Below are positions 26,003 to 39,882 of a stretch of DNA of 64,000 bases, piece by piece. Location of the stretch: contig CBFFRP010000366.1 in the NCBI GenBank assembly GCA_965644295.1, positions 47,156 through 111,155 of the forward strand. The letters are read 5' to 3'. Every line of letters starts with the position of its first letter. Positions within the stretch are counted from its first letter, which is position 1. The notes beneath the pieces are model-generated. The model saw only the letters and a program-made list of their open reading frames with translations. It had not been told where the DNA came from and did no database searches. Position numbers and translations under genes: made by a program. This stretch comes from Paraphysomonas bandaiensis. Its lineage: Eukaryota > Protista > Chrysophyceae.

Positions 26003-28799
26003 TGTTGAGTTTTGCTGTTTCGAGAAATTAAAAGCAGAAATTCTAAGGTATTGGAATTATGACAGTTAGTCGAGGAATACAGTAGTGGTTAACAGTATTA
26101 TGAGAATTAACAACATGATAGCTACTGTAGTAATGACTCTGAATATAATATATTGATCGTACGAGATAGTTACGATGTAAGATCGTACGAGAAATGATTG
26201 GTCGGGAGATAACATGAAATTGATGAATGAGAAGAGATATTGATTATAATTTATAATTCTCAGCATTGAGTATAAGTTTACCTTTTGCTGTTCAGTTAAT
26301 ACTTCTCATATTACCCTAGCCCTAACGATTGAGAGTTTGGCTTATGAGAAAGAATCGGAATCACCTTGGATTGGAGATCGACCGCATGGACCTGCTGACA
26401 ATGCGTCAACAGCTGTGAAAAACAAGTATAAGGAAGACCTCGAGAAATGGTTGGGGAGGAAAGACACCTGCATCAGCTCCATCTTCGAAGCTGTTCAACT
26501 TGTGGCGGAGGCTCTCGAAGTCGAGAGAAGGACATGCTTCCACTTGATGATCCTGATAAGGAGATGTTAGCAAGTGAATTGGTAAATAAATTGGTTATTA
26601 GATTTCGTGGGGAAACCCAGTACGAATTGGTGTAACTGAATAAACAGCTTGCGTCATTTAGAATTCTACAGGGTGAGCTGGTGTGTACAGCCATTGATCG
26701 ACTGAACGGGATAGTTCAAAAAATGACGGAACTCAGTGAGCCGCCAACTGACGTATCCAAAAAAACGAAGCTGCAGACTGCGCTGGAAACGAGGAAGGAT
26801 CTGGAGCAGCTGTACACAAACATCTACCTGAAAGGTGATATTTCATTTAATGAGATGATCACCATTTGTAGGCGCTTCGACCAGGCAAAGGGTCTACCAC
26901 AGGAGTCTTCAGCACCGGAAGTACATTGGAATTCTTCAAGAGGTACATTGATCAAGAGGTAACATGCTCATACTCTAAATGTGGAAAAAGAGGTCACACT
27001 CAGAAGAACTGCTGGATGAAGAAGAAGAACCAAAAGATTTCTCAAATGAGGCACAAAGGAAAGAACAAACATCGCAGAGAACAAGCAGAATACCAACGAA
27101 GTTGATGCATGTTTTGTCTTACTTCGTTGGTATTCTGATTGTTCTCTGCGATGTTTGTTCTTTCCTTCTTTAGATCCTTCTTCTTAATCCAGCAATTCTT
27201 TTGAGTGTGTTCTTGCTTCCCACATTAGGGTACGAACACGTTATCTCTTGATCAGATGAATTCCAATAGATTTCCGGTGCTGAAGACTCCTGTGGTAGAC
27301 CCTTTGCCTGGTCATAGCATCTACAAGTGGTACTCATCTCATTAAACGAAGTATCATCTTTTAGATAGAGGAGGTTGCCACACGAGCGACTTGTTTGTAG
27401 GGATGAGGAACGACAGTGATACTGCTGTGTACAGAGTAGGGTAGAAACATACAGTATATAGAAAATAAAACCAGTAGTATTAACGAAAAACGGGGGTTTA
27501 AAAATGAGAATTTACTAAAAAAACGAAGAAAAGTTGGAGAGACTGGAAAAGATGGATGTGGACTTCTTGGATCCGTCAGATGTGTTGGGGTGGATTGTGG
27601 TTCATGTATGCATGAGCCCTCGGAAGACACCCGCATAAATGTCTACTATCGCCTGTGGATGGAGTGTGAGCACGATGATTCAGTAATGTGTCTACATTGT
27701 GTGAATGGGGTTTCAGTGCTATCGATGGGGGTACAAGTGATGAGGAGTCGTGTCCATTATGCTTATATGTGATGAGAGCATCTCCTCATGTGATGGAATG
27801 CTGTCGATGATGAACTTGAGGATGTTGCTGTCAAGAGTGACCTACAAGTCCGAACTGTTGCAGAGTTCAGCCATCATACAAGCTCGAACCATGTGGATGA
27901 GGGCTGAATCCTTAGAGCTACTTGAGAAGTGGTTCGGGAAAATGGTGTAATAGTAGAGTAGCCTCGAGGGCACTTGATACTGCCATGTTTGCGTGTTGTG
28001 AATGTGACTAACGATTATACGCAATGGTGGTACGAAAATCCTGCGACCCGTAACGATGGGGCAGGTGGCTCGCTATCGACGCGTTGATTCACTTCAGTGG
28101 TAAGAGTTTTGACAAGTATAGTTATACCGATGCCGAATGGACTGGTGATGTTGTGTTACACGACCGGCTATATTGTCTTTGCTGCTGGTGAATCACTGAC
28201 CTGGCAATATATTTTACAAATTACTGTGTTTACGTCTGCAATGCAGTGTAAGTATCAGGATATGTCTGCTGGCATGCAGGAACTGGTGTGGCTTCGGGGG
28301 GTGTTGGCCGAACTGGGAGTTCGATTGTACGAACCCACTCCATTCTTCCTGGACAGCCAGAGCGCTCGTGACATAGCGGCGAAATTCTGTAGTGTGATTT
28401 ATCTCACGAGGATTGAAAATCGAGATCAAAGATGAATTGACTATGGTGTAGCTAGCTGAAAAATCGGAGTCATACGTCCACCGGTTTGTCCTATGAGGTT
28501 TTGGTGGTTGCATATCCGTCAGCTATGTCTTGTGATATGAAGATTCAGTGTACAGCTTTGAATTGAGAGGGAGTGTTGAGTTTTGAGTTTTGCTGTTGGA
28601 ATACAGCAGTGGTTAACAGTATTATGAGAACTAACAACATAATAGCTACTGTAGTAATGACTCTGAATATAATATATTGATCGTACAAGATAGTGACGAT
28701 GTGACGATGTAAGATCGTACGAGAAATGATTGGTCGGGAGATAACATGAAATTGATGAATGGGAAGAGATATTGATTGTAATAATTATAACTTATAACA
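26003..28799 (+). mobile_element. Decayed Ty1/Copia LTR retrotransposon (LTRs 26003-26265 and 28574-28799)
   Basis: TG..CA direct repeats; PPT GAGAGGGAG before the 3' LTR; Gag knuckle CSYSKCGKRGHTQKNC; RNase H TTGYIVF...ELVWLRGVLAELG...FLDSQSA; many stops and deletions. Confidence 0.9.
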
Positions 28800-29098
28800 A
28801 GATTAATGAGCAAATACACGTCCAGTTAACTTAGTAAATCATCCAACTGTGTTATAATTTGACATAACAATGTATCACCCGAACGTCGTTGGCCAGCATG
28901 TGTACTGAAGAATTCAGTATAGCCGCTCGTAACATTGTAGATAGAAGGAAAATTTAATTTGCCTATTATTTGTCGTCTTGTAAGTGTGTATCCTATGGGG
29001 TAGTGCTACTAACAAACTACAGCTGGGTCGAAGAGACTGCAGCAAAGGTTTAATGGAATAATATTAAATACAATTAATTCAACCATTGAACACAATGT

Positions 29099-31089
29099 TT
29101 AATTTTTTTCTTTAGTCGATGATCTACTGTAGAGACAGTACTGCATGAATCTATTAGACTTCTCCGATAGTCTGGGTATGTAGAATGCTCTAGCAAGGGA
29201 GGACACAGAATTCTTGGGGTCAATAATATCCTCACAATGAAGTGGGGTAAACTGTGAAATAGGTCCCAAAATACTCTGCTGCAGCGGTGTCAATTGGTCC
29301 TCGGCAGTGCAGTGTGCCTCACCACTGGCTACACCAAGGCCAGCGCATGCAGGTGTCGTCATGACCACGTAATCACATGAGTTCAGCGGAATGTAGTGGC
29401 TACGCTCCTCCTCGTTACGATCATTGACAGGTAGAAGGGGAGTACGGGAGGCTCCTCTTGGGCCAGGAGGGAATGGTTGGGGCAGTAAACCATGGAAGTT
29501 GTCCTCTACATATCCTAGATGCGCCTGTTCCGGCAAAAAGAAGTGGGATGGAAACGTATACCAATCTCCGCCCATACAAACAGTGGTATTTGAGGAAGGC
29601 ACAACAGCATGTACCTGCGACCAGAGGTTCATGTACCCTGTCGGAAAATTAAATAAGACTGAAAATAACTTGATAATATAAGTAATACCGCCATAGTTCT
29701 TCCTAGAGGCAACTACCCTCGACACCCCGCAAGTTATGGCTAGGGCAAACACAAATAAAATAGCTATCCGTCGCAAAACGGATGTTGTCGCTCCATTAAG
29801 GAATCTTGACAATGTACTCTCAAACATATCGCAGACACACACCAGTGTATGAGCCGCCATGGTAGTAAGTACCGGATAAATCGGGTAAAGAAACCTCTCC
29901 TCTTTGTGAGGTCGGGAAAACATCACTGCCAACCATAGAACAGCAGGTGCACAAAGGACGATAAGCGCAGGAGGAGTGGACTTATATTGGGATGTATTGG
30001 ACGCTTGGGGTTGCAACAATAGTGTCAACGGGGAAATTACGATGAGTGGGAAAGATACTAACCCCACAGTCAGCAAAAGGTTCATGACATAGTAAGAGGC
30101 TGGCTCTACGCCGTACAGCTCGTCACCAGTGCCCCCAAAAGCATTGTAGAGCGCAATATTCAAGGGAGGAAAAGTCCTGTCGTACTTCATTAGAAAATCA
30201 GCATATAATGGTCACATATAATACTCACACTTTATCATACATATACGTATCAATTGCTAAAGATCCAATAGCAGAGACAAACACCACTAAGAGTCCTTGT
30301 AAACAGAGAGTTCCCACAGATACAGCTCGCTTTAGAAAGGATGGAGTTTTATTGTTGCCCGAAGGATGCATCCATCGATACCACAGCATATGCGCCCCTA
30401 ATGGAACATACAACAGTGCTACAAACGGCCAACCGGACCAGATAACTGCAAGCGATCCATAGAATACAGCCGGGATGAATTGCTGCTGAATCCAAGAAGA
30501 AACAGAGAGCATAAAGAGAGACATACACACAGCAGAGGGCAAATATGCAGTGGAAGCAAAGAATATGCCAGGTGCAGCCAGCATAAACAGGGCGCTGTAT
30601 AGAGCCAACCTGGGACCATATGCCTTCTTAAGTGCCCGTATATAAGAAGCGGATGCAAAAGCAAATATGATTCCAAGAACGGCTTTAATAATATAAAACA
30701 ACTCGATCTTATGTATTTTCATTGCATTGCACAGTATATTCAATGGCGATAGAGGAAGAATAAATGAAAATGAACGGATTGCATATTGTGGAGCATATTC
30801 CCATGTTTGCATTCCTTTATTGTGAGTTATGTAATGCAAAGGCTCCCAATAGCCGTATGTTTCATCCGTATCTGTATATATATATGAATATATGTAAGTA
30901 TATAGAGATGTACACGTATGCATGTATGCATGTATGTACACGTATGTATGTATAATGGAGGAGTGTGTCAGTTCATGTAATCGGATCGGATATATTTCAC
31001 GTACCGTCAATATGATTCACACGTGAGGCTACTGCTCCCAGTAGATAGAAGCAGTAAGTGATGGCCTCCACCCCCCCTATACTCTCCAT
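29099..31089 (-). CDS. ALG9: Dol-P-Man alpha-1,2-mannosyltransferase
   Basis: DETYGYWEPLHY, QTWEYAPQYAIRS, PHKEERFLYPIYP, WYTFPSHFFLP. Confidence 0.92.
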
Positions 31090-31418
31090 GTCTATGATGA
31101 TGGTTGGGAGATTGACTGATGTTTGGAGCACTTTGGTTCACTTCGAAGTGAGATATTGCCTTCCATTGCACTCATACTGCTGTTAAGTATGTATATATTC
31201 AAGTACATTTAGAGGAGTACATTTAGAGGAGTACACGACACTGTGTGGATACAGTCTCATACAGCAGTACAGTGCACAAGTACACTCCTTGAGCAGTACA
31301 AACCAGCCAGCAGTTCGCTCATGTTGTACTCATATCTTCTCCTCTCATAACCACAACAACTAGCATGCCTTCATATCCACTATATAACCAGATACCCCCT
31401 AGATAATCACCGATTACC

Positions 31419-34400
31419 ATGAAAGTGACGGTGGGGGTGCTGCTGGTGGTGTCTGTAGCGATCGGATGTCTCATTAAACCCCCAAACATTAACATAATCA
31501 AGCCTCTGGCGAACACGTGCTATAACTCAACTATAGTGATAGGGGGACCCATATCATACTATTCCAATGATGCTTATTACACCACTGGTTCGGAAATAGC
31601 AAACGGATGGCGATTATTTGTTGAATGGGTTAATTATGAGGTGGGCGGTATATCTATTGGGGGAAACAGTTTCATGGTAGAGCTTGCTTATATAGAGGAT
31701 TACTCTACTGCTCAATACGTTGAGAACGGTACACGATATCTACTGGATGAGTATGGAGTGGAGTTTATGTTTGGCCCGTTTTCAACGTCATTAACTTCTG
31801 TCTGCAGTGAAGTAACAGAGGCGGCTAATATGACTCTTATATCTGCCGGCTCATCCGTATCGGCTGTGTTCGAAGGGACAAAGCATGTATTTGGTCTTCT
31901 ACCTGCTGCTACCAAGTATACACAAGGAGCATTTGAAACTTTTAGCCAACTTGGCGCCCGCTCTATTTCTGTCATAGCAGACATCGCTTTCCCACTCTGT
32001 AACAGCACAGTGTCCGCAGATTTTGCAGATGTGTATAATATGTCATTTCATGGGTTTTATGAGATTAACAGTTCGGATCCATCTTCACTTGCCACTTTAT
32101 CAGGAATACTTTCCGATCTAAAGGCCAATGAAGTGGAGGCGCTGTTTGGGTGCTCCTACACTTCCTTGTGTGCAGAGGTAAGTGATATTCCTGCGTTGAT
32201 CTGTCGCCTTATCGGATATGAAATATCCAGATCATAAAGGAATCTAAGGCCGTAGACTACAACCCGGATGGAATAATCTTTGCAGTGTGTGCAACGACAT
32301 CGGCATTATACGATGCTGTCGGGGAGGACTCGGCATATGTTTTAGGTCTCACCCCGTGGGCTCCAACCTCGAAAATCGTGGGCGAGTACACTGGGTGGAC
32401 AGCGCAGGAATTCAGTGACAGATACGAAACTACTTTTGGCACGGTACCGCTTTACCATGCAGCTGGGGCTTTTGCGGGGGGCGTCATACTGAAGGCTGCC
32501 CTGGAAGCTGCTCAGACAAGGGATAAGACTGTGGTTGAAGGAGTCATGCGAAATGGAAACTTCGCGACGATATATGGAAATATCAGTTTTATCGAAAATG
32601 GTCAGTCCGTGAATGACCTTCTTGTGACACAGGCACAGCCAGTGTCCCTTGCAACCCCTCTGGTGTACCCTGCTATGTTTGCGGATGAGCAAATTGTCTA
32701 TCCTGTCCCAACTTGGAACGAGCGGGAGTGTGTTGTCAACACAAACAATTGTAGTGGTCATGGGCAGTGCACCGATGAAGGTGTGTGTGAGTGTAGCTAT
32801 GGTTATTACGGATATGAAATCCCGGACTCATGTGACACGTACTGTATTGGTACCTTCAATCCCTCCACTGGGGTGTGCATACGAATGACAACCTACTATA
32901 TCGGTCACCTTACTGCCTATCAATTTGCTGAGGCGGAGGAGTACTTGTCCCACGTAAAACTAACTGTAGAGCTTGTGAATAATAAGACTGACGGCTGGTT
33001 TGATGAGGAGACGGCCAATGTAATTCTTGTGCTGAATGCAAGTGACTCGGGTTGCGCAACAGAAACTGCGTACTCCGCAACCACGGCGCTGAATTCTTGG
33101 GCGATGAGTGAAAATTCCGGAAAGACTCTGGATGGACTTGTCGGTGCTTACTGCTCAGCTGGAAGGTAGCGATGATTATTTACTATACTTTCAAGAAATA
33201 ATGGTATGTGTTCAGTAAAGCTGCCTCGGGCTTCGGAAATTCAATTTATCTTCCCCAAGTATCGTACTCCTCAACTGCAGAGGACTTGAGCAATAAAGAC
33301 AACTTCCATTACTTTGCCCGTACATGTGCTTCTGATTCTGCTCAAGGGCCTGCGCTTGCTTATACTCTTACTGAGCTTGGTATTGCACCATACGTGGCGA
33401 TAGTACATACCACAGAAGATTATGCTAGGTCGCTTGCCGACTCATTCTCGTCAAGGTGCGTACGGCAATCATACTATTGGAATTGAATATGCGATTAATT
33501 GTGTACACAGCTACTTGAATATTGGAAATAATGTGCTTCTGGAGTACGCATTTGACTCTTCTATTGCCACGACTGCAACCTATGAAAATATTGTGTCCGG
33601 TTTGGCCGCTTCCGGGGCCCCTGCTATCGTGTTGGTTGTGTACGAAGACCAAATGACCGCGATCTTACAGGCTGCATCTACCCACCCGGTGTTGTCGTCT
33701 ACTGAAGTAGTGTGGGTTGGTGTGGATGCTTGGACTGATGTGGAAGAAACCGCTGGTATTCCTATTGGGACTATCGGGTTGGCTCCGAACAAGCCCAATG
33801 AAAATATTACAAGTCAGTACTTGAGTTTATGGGCTAATTTGGACGAAGCAGATTACCCGGACACTGACGGGGATCGATCGAATGTTGCTGCTTATGCTTT
33901 ACAAGCTGTTGATGCTGTTTTTGCTTTGGCTCAAGCCTATGAGCTCACTTTAAATGATAACACGGGCTTGACCGGGGATGTACTAAAGCAGTATGTGTAC
34001 ACAGTACTCACAAGAGATGTAGAGTTCACAGGCGTAAGCGGCGATGTTGATTTCGCCACCTCAGGTGATTTGATATCTCCCGTGTATCGAATATGCAACT
34101 TCCAGAATGGTTCGTCGAACGAATGGGTCTCAGTTGGTAGAGCAACAGTTGATGATATTGATGTGGAATACTCACATGTGGTGTGGCCAGATGGAAGCAT
34201 TGGTGTCACAACATCTTATTCTGAGCAGCTTATTCCTTATTGCCCTGCAGGTGCAGAGCCTCTGCAGACTTCTTCTGGCGTGTTTTCCTGTACTCCTTGT
34301 CAGGTCGGTTTTTACAAGCCGCACGAAGGCAGGGATGAATGTATGTCATGTCCAACAGGCGCAGACTGTAATGACATAGGTGTCACTGTCCCTTGTATCT

Positions 34401-36570
34401 TGAAAAACTATTGGCGTATGGAACCAGTCGATGAGTCTGATATTGGAGATTTTGACAAGTACAAAATATACAGCTGTGATGCAGATGGTATATGTAAGGG
34501 CGGATGCATTTTGAATAATACTTGTGATAAGCATCGGAAGCAGTCATCTCCTGTGTGTGGTGTTTGCGTAGACGGTTATTATCTGTCAGATTCTCAATGT
34601 TATAAATGTAGCCAAACTAGTCGTGAGAATGCTCAAGTCCGAGCTATCATATATGTATCACTTATTGTTGGCATGGTGCTGTGTTTAGTCGTTGCTTTGT
34701 CGGTAAGCTTGATGTTTAACATTGGGAGCAGTCAAGGGGCATTATCGAGCCGCACATCTTCCTCAGATGTTATCAAGCCAGAGCCTTCCAATCAGAGAAG
34801 TCCCTCTGTTTTTAAGAAAGCTCAGCGGTCTGTCTCGGATGTTTTGTTTACTCCAGCTCTTGCACTTTTGACCCATCAAGATAACCAACGTACTGTCAAG
34901 AAGGTTATCAAAGGATCCGGTATGACTGCCAAAATAACAATATCGTTTTTACAAGTAATTACTGGAAGCTTTTTTGCCCTTGATATTGATTGGCCGCATT
35001 ACCTTGGTGGTTTTTTTAGTGCACTTCGAATAAATCCTTTTCGGTCTGTGCAAGCATCCTTTAGTTGTGATGACAGTAACAGCACAATGGATCCCGTATT
35101 CATGGGAATAATATTTTGCGTACTAGCTCCTGTGCTGTTTATTATTATTCTTCTCTGTTCTGGAGGGATTGCATGGAGTTCTTATTTGCTCACCAAAGGT
35201 AGAGGGCGCCCTGAACGAGAAAAAGAGAGGCAGTGGAAACGTCTAAGAGATATTTGTGTGAAAATATTTTTGTGGTTTTGCCTGATAACTTATCCACCAC
35301 TTTCGCAAAGGTAATGAAAAATATGTTTATCTGGTTGATCTTACTTTTGTGTGGTAGAATATTATCGTTTTTCAACTGTAGAGACTTAGGAGAGATGGGA
35401 ACATTCTTGAGAACTGACTATTCTGTAAGCTGTGAATCAGTTGGTTACTCACGAACCTTTTTTGTGGCTTTACTCGGAACGCTTCTGATACCTATCGGCG
35501 TCCCTGTTCTCTTTTTGTTCGTAGTACGCAACCGCTTTCATCCCCTGTTGCGTAACCCCTCCCTTCTTCTACACGACAACTTTGCGGAAGAGTGGAGATA
35601 TTATGAAGCGTATGATTTAATACGTAAGCTCATGTTGACGTCATTAGTCGTGTATGTGGCCTCTCCAGATACCTCGTCACAGTGTCTTTACCTCCTGCTG
35701 GTGGACTTCACTGCACTTATAATCCTGGCTTATTCTAGACCCTACGCTAACAGCAATGATGACTTTCTCAGTTCGGCTCTTGTATCTGTGGAATGTGTTG
35801 CCTTTGTAGTTGCCTTGGTCGTCGTATCAGGGATATCTGAAGAAGATAACTACCATATTTCTTCTTTATATACCTCGCTATTTATATTGATGTTGTTTTC
35901 TTTAGTATGCTTTGTTCCAGTGACGTGTGCATTGAAATTTAAATATGTTAGTGGTAAGGTGAATGCATGTCTTGAAGCACTGAGCATGAAGGGTAGAGAG
36001 TTAGGACTCTATTTGCCAGATCTCACTCGCCTGGACTCGCGGCGTCGTATGCAACATGAAGTCGATGATATGAGAAATACCATGCACGATATCAGAATGA
36101 GTCTCATGCATCCAGGTGACCTGGGTGGGATATATCCGGAAGAAGATGACATTGGGTCGTCTACCCATTCCACTGATAAACAAACTGTCACTCCAAATCA
36201 GCAATTACCTATTCCTTCTGTGGTCAGTCCTATTCATTCAGATATGACTCCAAAAGACATGATGTCCAAGCGAAGTGTTCGACTGTCTGGACGAGTGAAG
36301 GCTTCATCTCGCTCTGACACGCCTACTGATACGATAATGATGGTGCCTTTGAAGCAGAAGAGAGTGGAAACAGATTTAGAGAAGACTGACACACGAGGCA
36401 GTTCAATACCAAGTTCGCAAGCATCCACTGTACCATCATACCCCCCACCACCTGTACCAATATTACCTCCTTCAGTACCTACGTCCCCTCCTCCTAGTTC
36501 TTCTTCGCCCAATCGATCTGAAATAATTGTTATCGACAGCAATGATGACTCTGATGTACATGAAATATGA
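31419..36570 (+). CDS. Surface receptor: signal peptide, two periplasmic-binding (Venus flytrap) domains, EGF-like and Cys-rich repeats, multi-TM domain, Pro/Ser tail
   Basis: LivJ-like GGPIS...FVEWVN...FMFGPFST; EGF CSGHGQCTDEGVCEC; ANF-like VGAYCS...PQVSYSST...YFART; TM block KITISFLQV...IDWP...FLRTDYSVSC...YEAYDLIRKL...RPY. Confidence 0.8.
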
Positions 36571-37008
36571 CAACTGTATTTTGACTCCATAGAATTTTCA
36601 TGCTCGTGTGCACGAAAGGTGTAATACTAGTTAAGTATATCACACTTGTCCTTGTAGTACATAAACAATCATGTGGCTACATTTTTTCAAGCTTTGGCGT
36701 TATTGATCCTAGCTCCTTACAATGCCGGTAATAAATAGCGGTAGTAGTAATCATTGAAATGCCGCACTATATATCAAGATATGAATCCTGAATGGTGAAA
36801 ACGGCAATACATTACACACGATACAAAAATTAAAGAAGATTCATCAGCTGATGATGCAATTGATGAGCACTGACCTGTTAATATTACTTAGAAAACACGA
36901 ATACGGATTCGTCGTTGATGAGAGTCCTCGCTGCATTGTGAGGCCGACCGCGTGTCCTTGCAGGCTTGGTACATTATTACATACCTCACAAACAATATTG
37001 GGTTTGCA

Positions 37009-37549
37009 CCCTCAACAAAGTCGGACTCGCACCTTGTCGTGGTGTGCTGGGGGATAAGTACCAGACATATTTCTTTGAGAAACTATCGTGAGCCGCAAAC
37101 ATAGACAGCAGATAACGTTCTGCCCACTCATAGCTAAATCCTTGGTACAAGGGACACAAATAAGTGTCACTTGTGAAGATGTCTTTCGTCCCTGACGAAT
37201 AAACAGGCATCCATTAAAGAGCCCACCTGCAGAATTCCGGGTATTGGGCTGCCTGCTGAAGTCAAGTATCTGGGCTGTTCATAGTTCACATAGACTCAAA
37301 AATCCTGAAGTCACAAGATGTCAGCTATATATCAACATTCTGCTTGCTCTCTGCGTTTCTGAGTTTCTGCGTTTACTTTGAGTGATAGATTGAAAGTGGT
37401 TGAACCTTGGTGCTTGTGGTGACGCACAAGCCTCTTTCGTAGCGTAAAATAGTAGGATATCAGAGCTAAGTGCTGTTAGTTAAATTGTTTTGCTACATCA
37501 GCTCTGACTCTTAAGCGCCTATTGCTAGTAATAAGACATTTACTACTAT
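37009..37549 (+). repeat. SINE-like repeat (copy D)
   Basis: Reverse complement of the blocks in copies A and E. Confidence 0.8.
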
Positions 37550-38184
37550 TTGCTATTAGGTTTACTCTTGATTATTAAGGAACCTCCCAAACAACATATT
37601 GATACTGTGGTGCATGTAATACAGTGATTAGCACTCACAAGATTGTAAGATATATATGCAAAGTATATATATCTTGCACATACCTCGCAAGTGATGTACG
37701 GCTAAAGAGTAGGACCAGTAGCGGCTACTAGTATCCCTTACAACATATATATATTGTACTCTATATAGTATTAAACCATAGTCGTGCGCTTGCAGTTTAG
37801 AGGACCTGAATCCACCATACGATATACCCATGCGTCAGTCTGATAGCACGTGTTCTGAAGAATATCAAGTTCATCAGTGCATACAGCGTTTACGCTGCTA
37901 TTGACACGGTATTTCCGCTCTCATCTGCTTCTAATGTCTTACACATGCACTGTGTTAAGAATATATGTATATATATGAGTTAATTGTTCTGTTTGAATGT
38001 TTGTTTTGATGCTCTGTAGGCCTTTAATATGCTGTGTGGTGCGAGCTGGTATCTTAGATAGTCACAGTGTGTAATCAATGGATATAAGAACGACTAGGCT
38101 TAGAAGGTACAGAAAGTATTTGTAATTGTAATAGAATATTATCTATTATGAACTAATGCTGTTTTTATTGCAAAATGTTATTCA

Positions 38185-38280
38185 ACCTAGTCAATTTGGT
38201 TGAAAAACCTAGTCATACCAAAATTGGTGGAATACCCTAGTCAAAGTAATAAATAACCCAACCTAGTCAATTTTGGTATA
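38185..38280. repeat. Four dispersed CCTAGTCA motifs with an ACCAAAATTG/CAATTTTGGT inverted pair
   Basis: Direct inspection. Confidence 0.6.
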
Positions 38281-38712
38281 TAGTGACTGTACATTAACAC
38301 AATGTGGGCTTTCAGTATAAATAATGAGCTGTATAAAGCCCGCTAACTATAACAGACTGGATTGTGTCAGTATAAACTATAGTTATTTTCACTCGGATAC
38401 TAATCTTCTGAATAAGAACTATGAGAAAATAAAGTATGGGAAGGGGAAACGGACCGCTCGTGCCGCTTTGGAATTCTTTCTGGACCAGAACGTCCCTTTT
38501 TCCTTTCTCGCTCCATATTTAATTATTTAAGCTTATATAATAATATTAATTGCACAATACTTTTAAAAATAAATAATTAATTATCATATATTTATGAATA
38601 AAATACTTATCTTTGTGCCTCTTCTGCTTTATTTCTATTAACTGTTACCCCTGTTACAGCTATACATATGATGTATATCGTTGTCTCTTCCATTACTATC
38701 TCGTTAATACTA

Positions 38713-39400
38713 TTATAAAAAAATATAATATCTCTTTTTACTATTCACTGAACTTTTTATAATTAGCATTATAACAGATTCAGGGTCTCTTATATCTAAT
38801 CTTCGCATATCTTGGTCAAGTAATTCTGTTGTAACATTTGAATATAAAGAATCTTTCACTTGAACGAATGACCCTGGGTTTGATACTTTGTCAATCATAT
38901 CTCCATATTCAAGAGAACCACTTGTAAATTATTATAATTGTAAACCACCTGGTCTGATAAACCCATTTTGTGTAGTCATTGAACCAGCAATGTTTATTGA
39001 ACTGAAAGGTGTCATATTTGGTGTTTTATCTGTATTATCTGATAGAAACACATATATTATTTGTACTTGTTGGTGTTGATGAATAATAATCATTTAAAAA
39101 ACTATTAAGCCATCAAATGATGATGAATTTGATATTACTGATTGAGGTGTTGCCCTTACTGAAGGAAAAGTCCAAGTCTCAAAACAATTCATAAAGTCTG
39201 TGTCTGTTTGAGCTTCTGTCATCATCACATATACATTTAACTGAATCGCATTATAACTTACATTAGAACTACATTCTATGTGATAGTGTGATAGTCGTCA
39301 AAACCGTCTGTGATTATGTCCCTTTTTTGTAGTTCTGTTTGTATTTTTATTCAATGATACAACTGTATAAAACCCATCGGAAATGGTTACATCTTCTGTC
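38713..39400 (-). pseudogene. Virophage/Polinton-like virus minor capsid (penton) gene relic
   Basis: Collinear motifs across frameshifts and stops: VTISDGFYTVVSLN, SYNAIQLN, WTFPSVRATPQSVI..FDGLI, TPNMTPFSSINI, EYGDMI, YSNVTTELLDQDMRRLDIRDPESVIMLII; AT-rich. Confidence 0.7.
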
Positions 39401-39882
39401 CATATAATACGCCTGGATTATCAATCATAGACTGTAAGCGGGTCAAGTGCTCCGTCCCTCCGTCTCCTCGTTGATGTGTGTTGGTATCCATTGATGCTTT
39501 GGACAGTGTTATTACGCACCTGAGTGGGCACATCCAGTCACAACACTGTCTTCTGAGTGCGTAGTATCACTGTCCAAAGCATCGAGGGAACACTCTCTTC
39601 TGAACACTGGCTATACCACTTGCGGGAAGACTTGTGCCATGTGCAGACATCGCCTCACTGATACATGCATGTACAGGACACTCTGATACATGTATGTACC
39701 ATAACATGTACTGTACATGTACACGCACAGTGCATAGGTACACGCAGCTGTGGCTAGATGAAATACAGCAGTGTATAGTTGTAAATACATCCTGTGTACG
39801 TATACACCACCATACATGCATACCTTACTTACCTCTCTGCATGGAGTATATCAGTATGTCATAATTAATATGTAACAGTATC

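Noticed and set aside
36900-36970. CCTCGC-containing segment as an HDV-like ribozyme
   Set aside because: Could not build the nested double pseudoknot by eye
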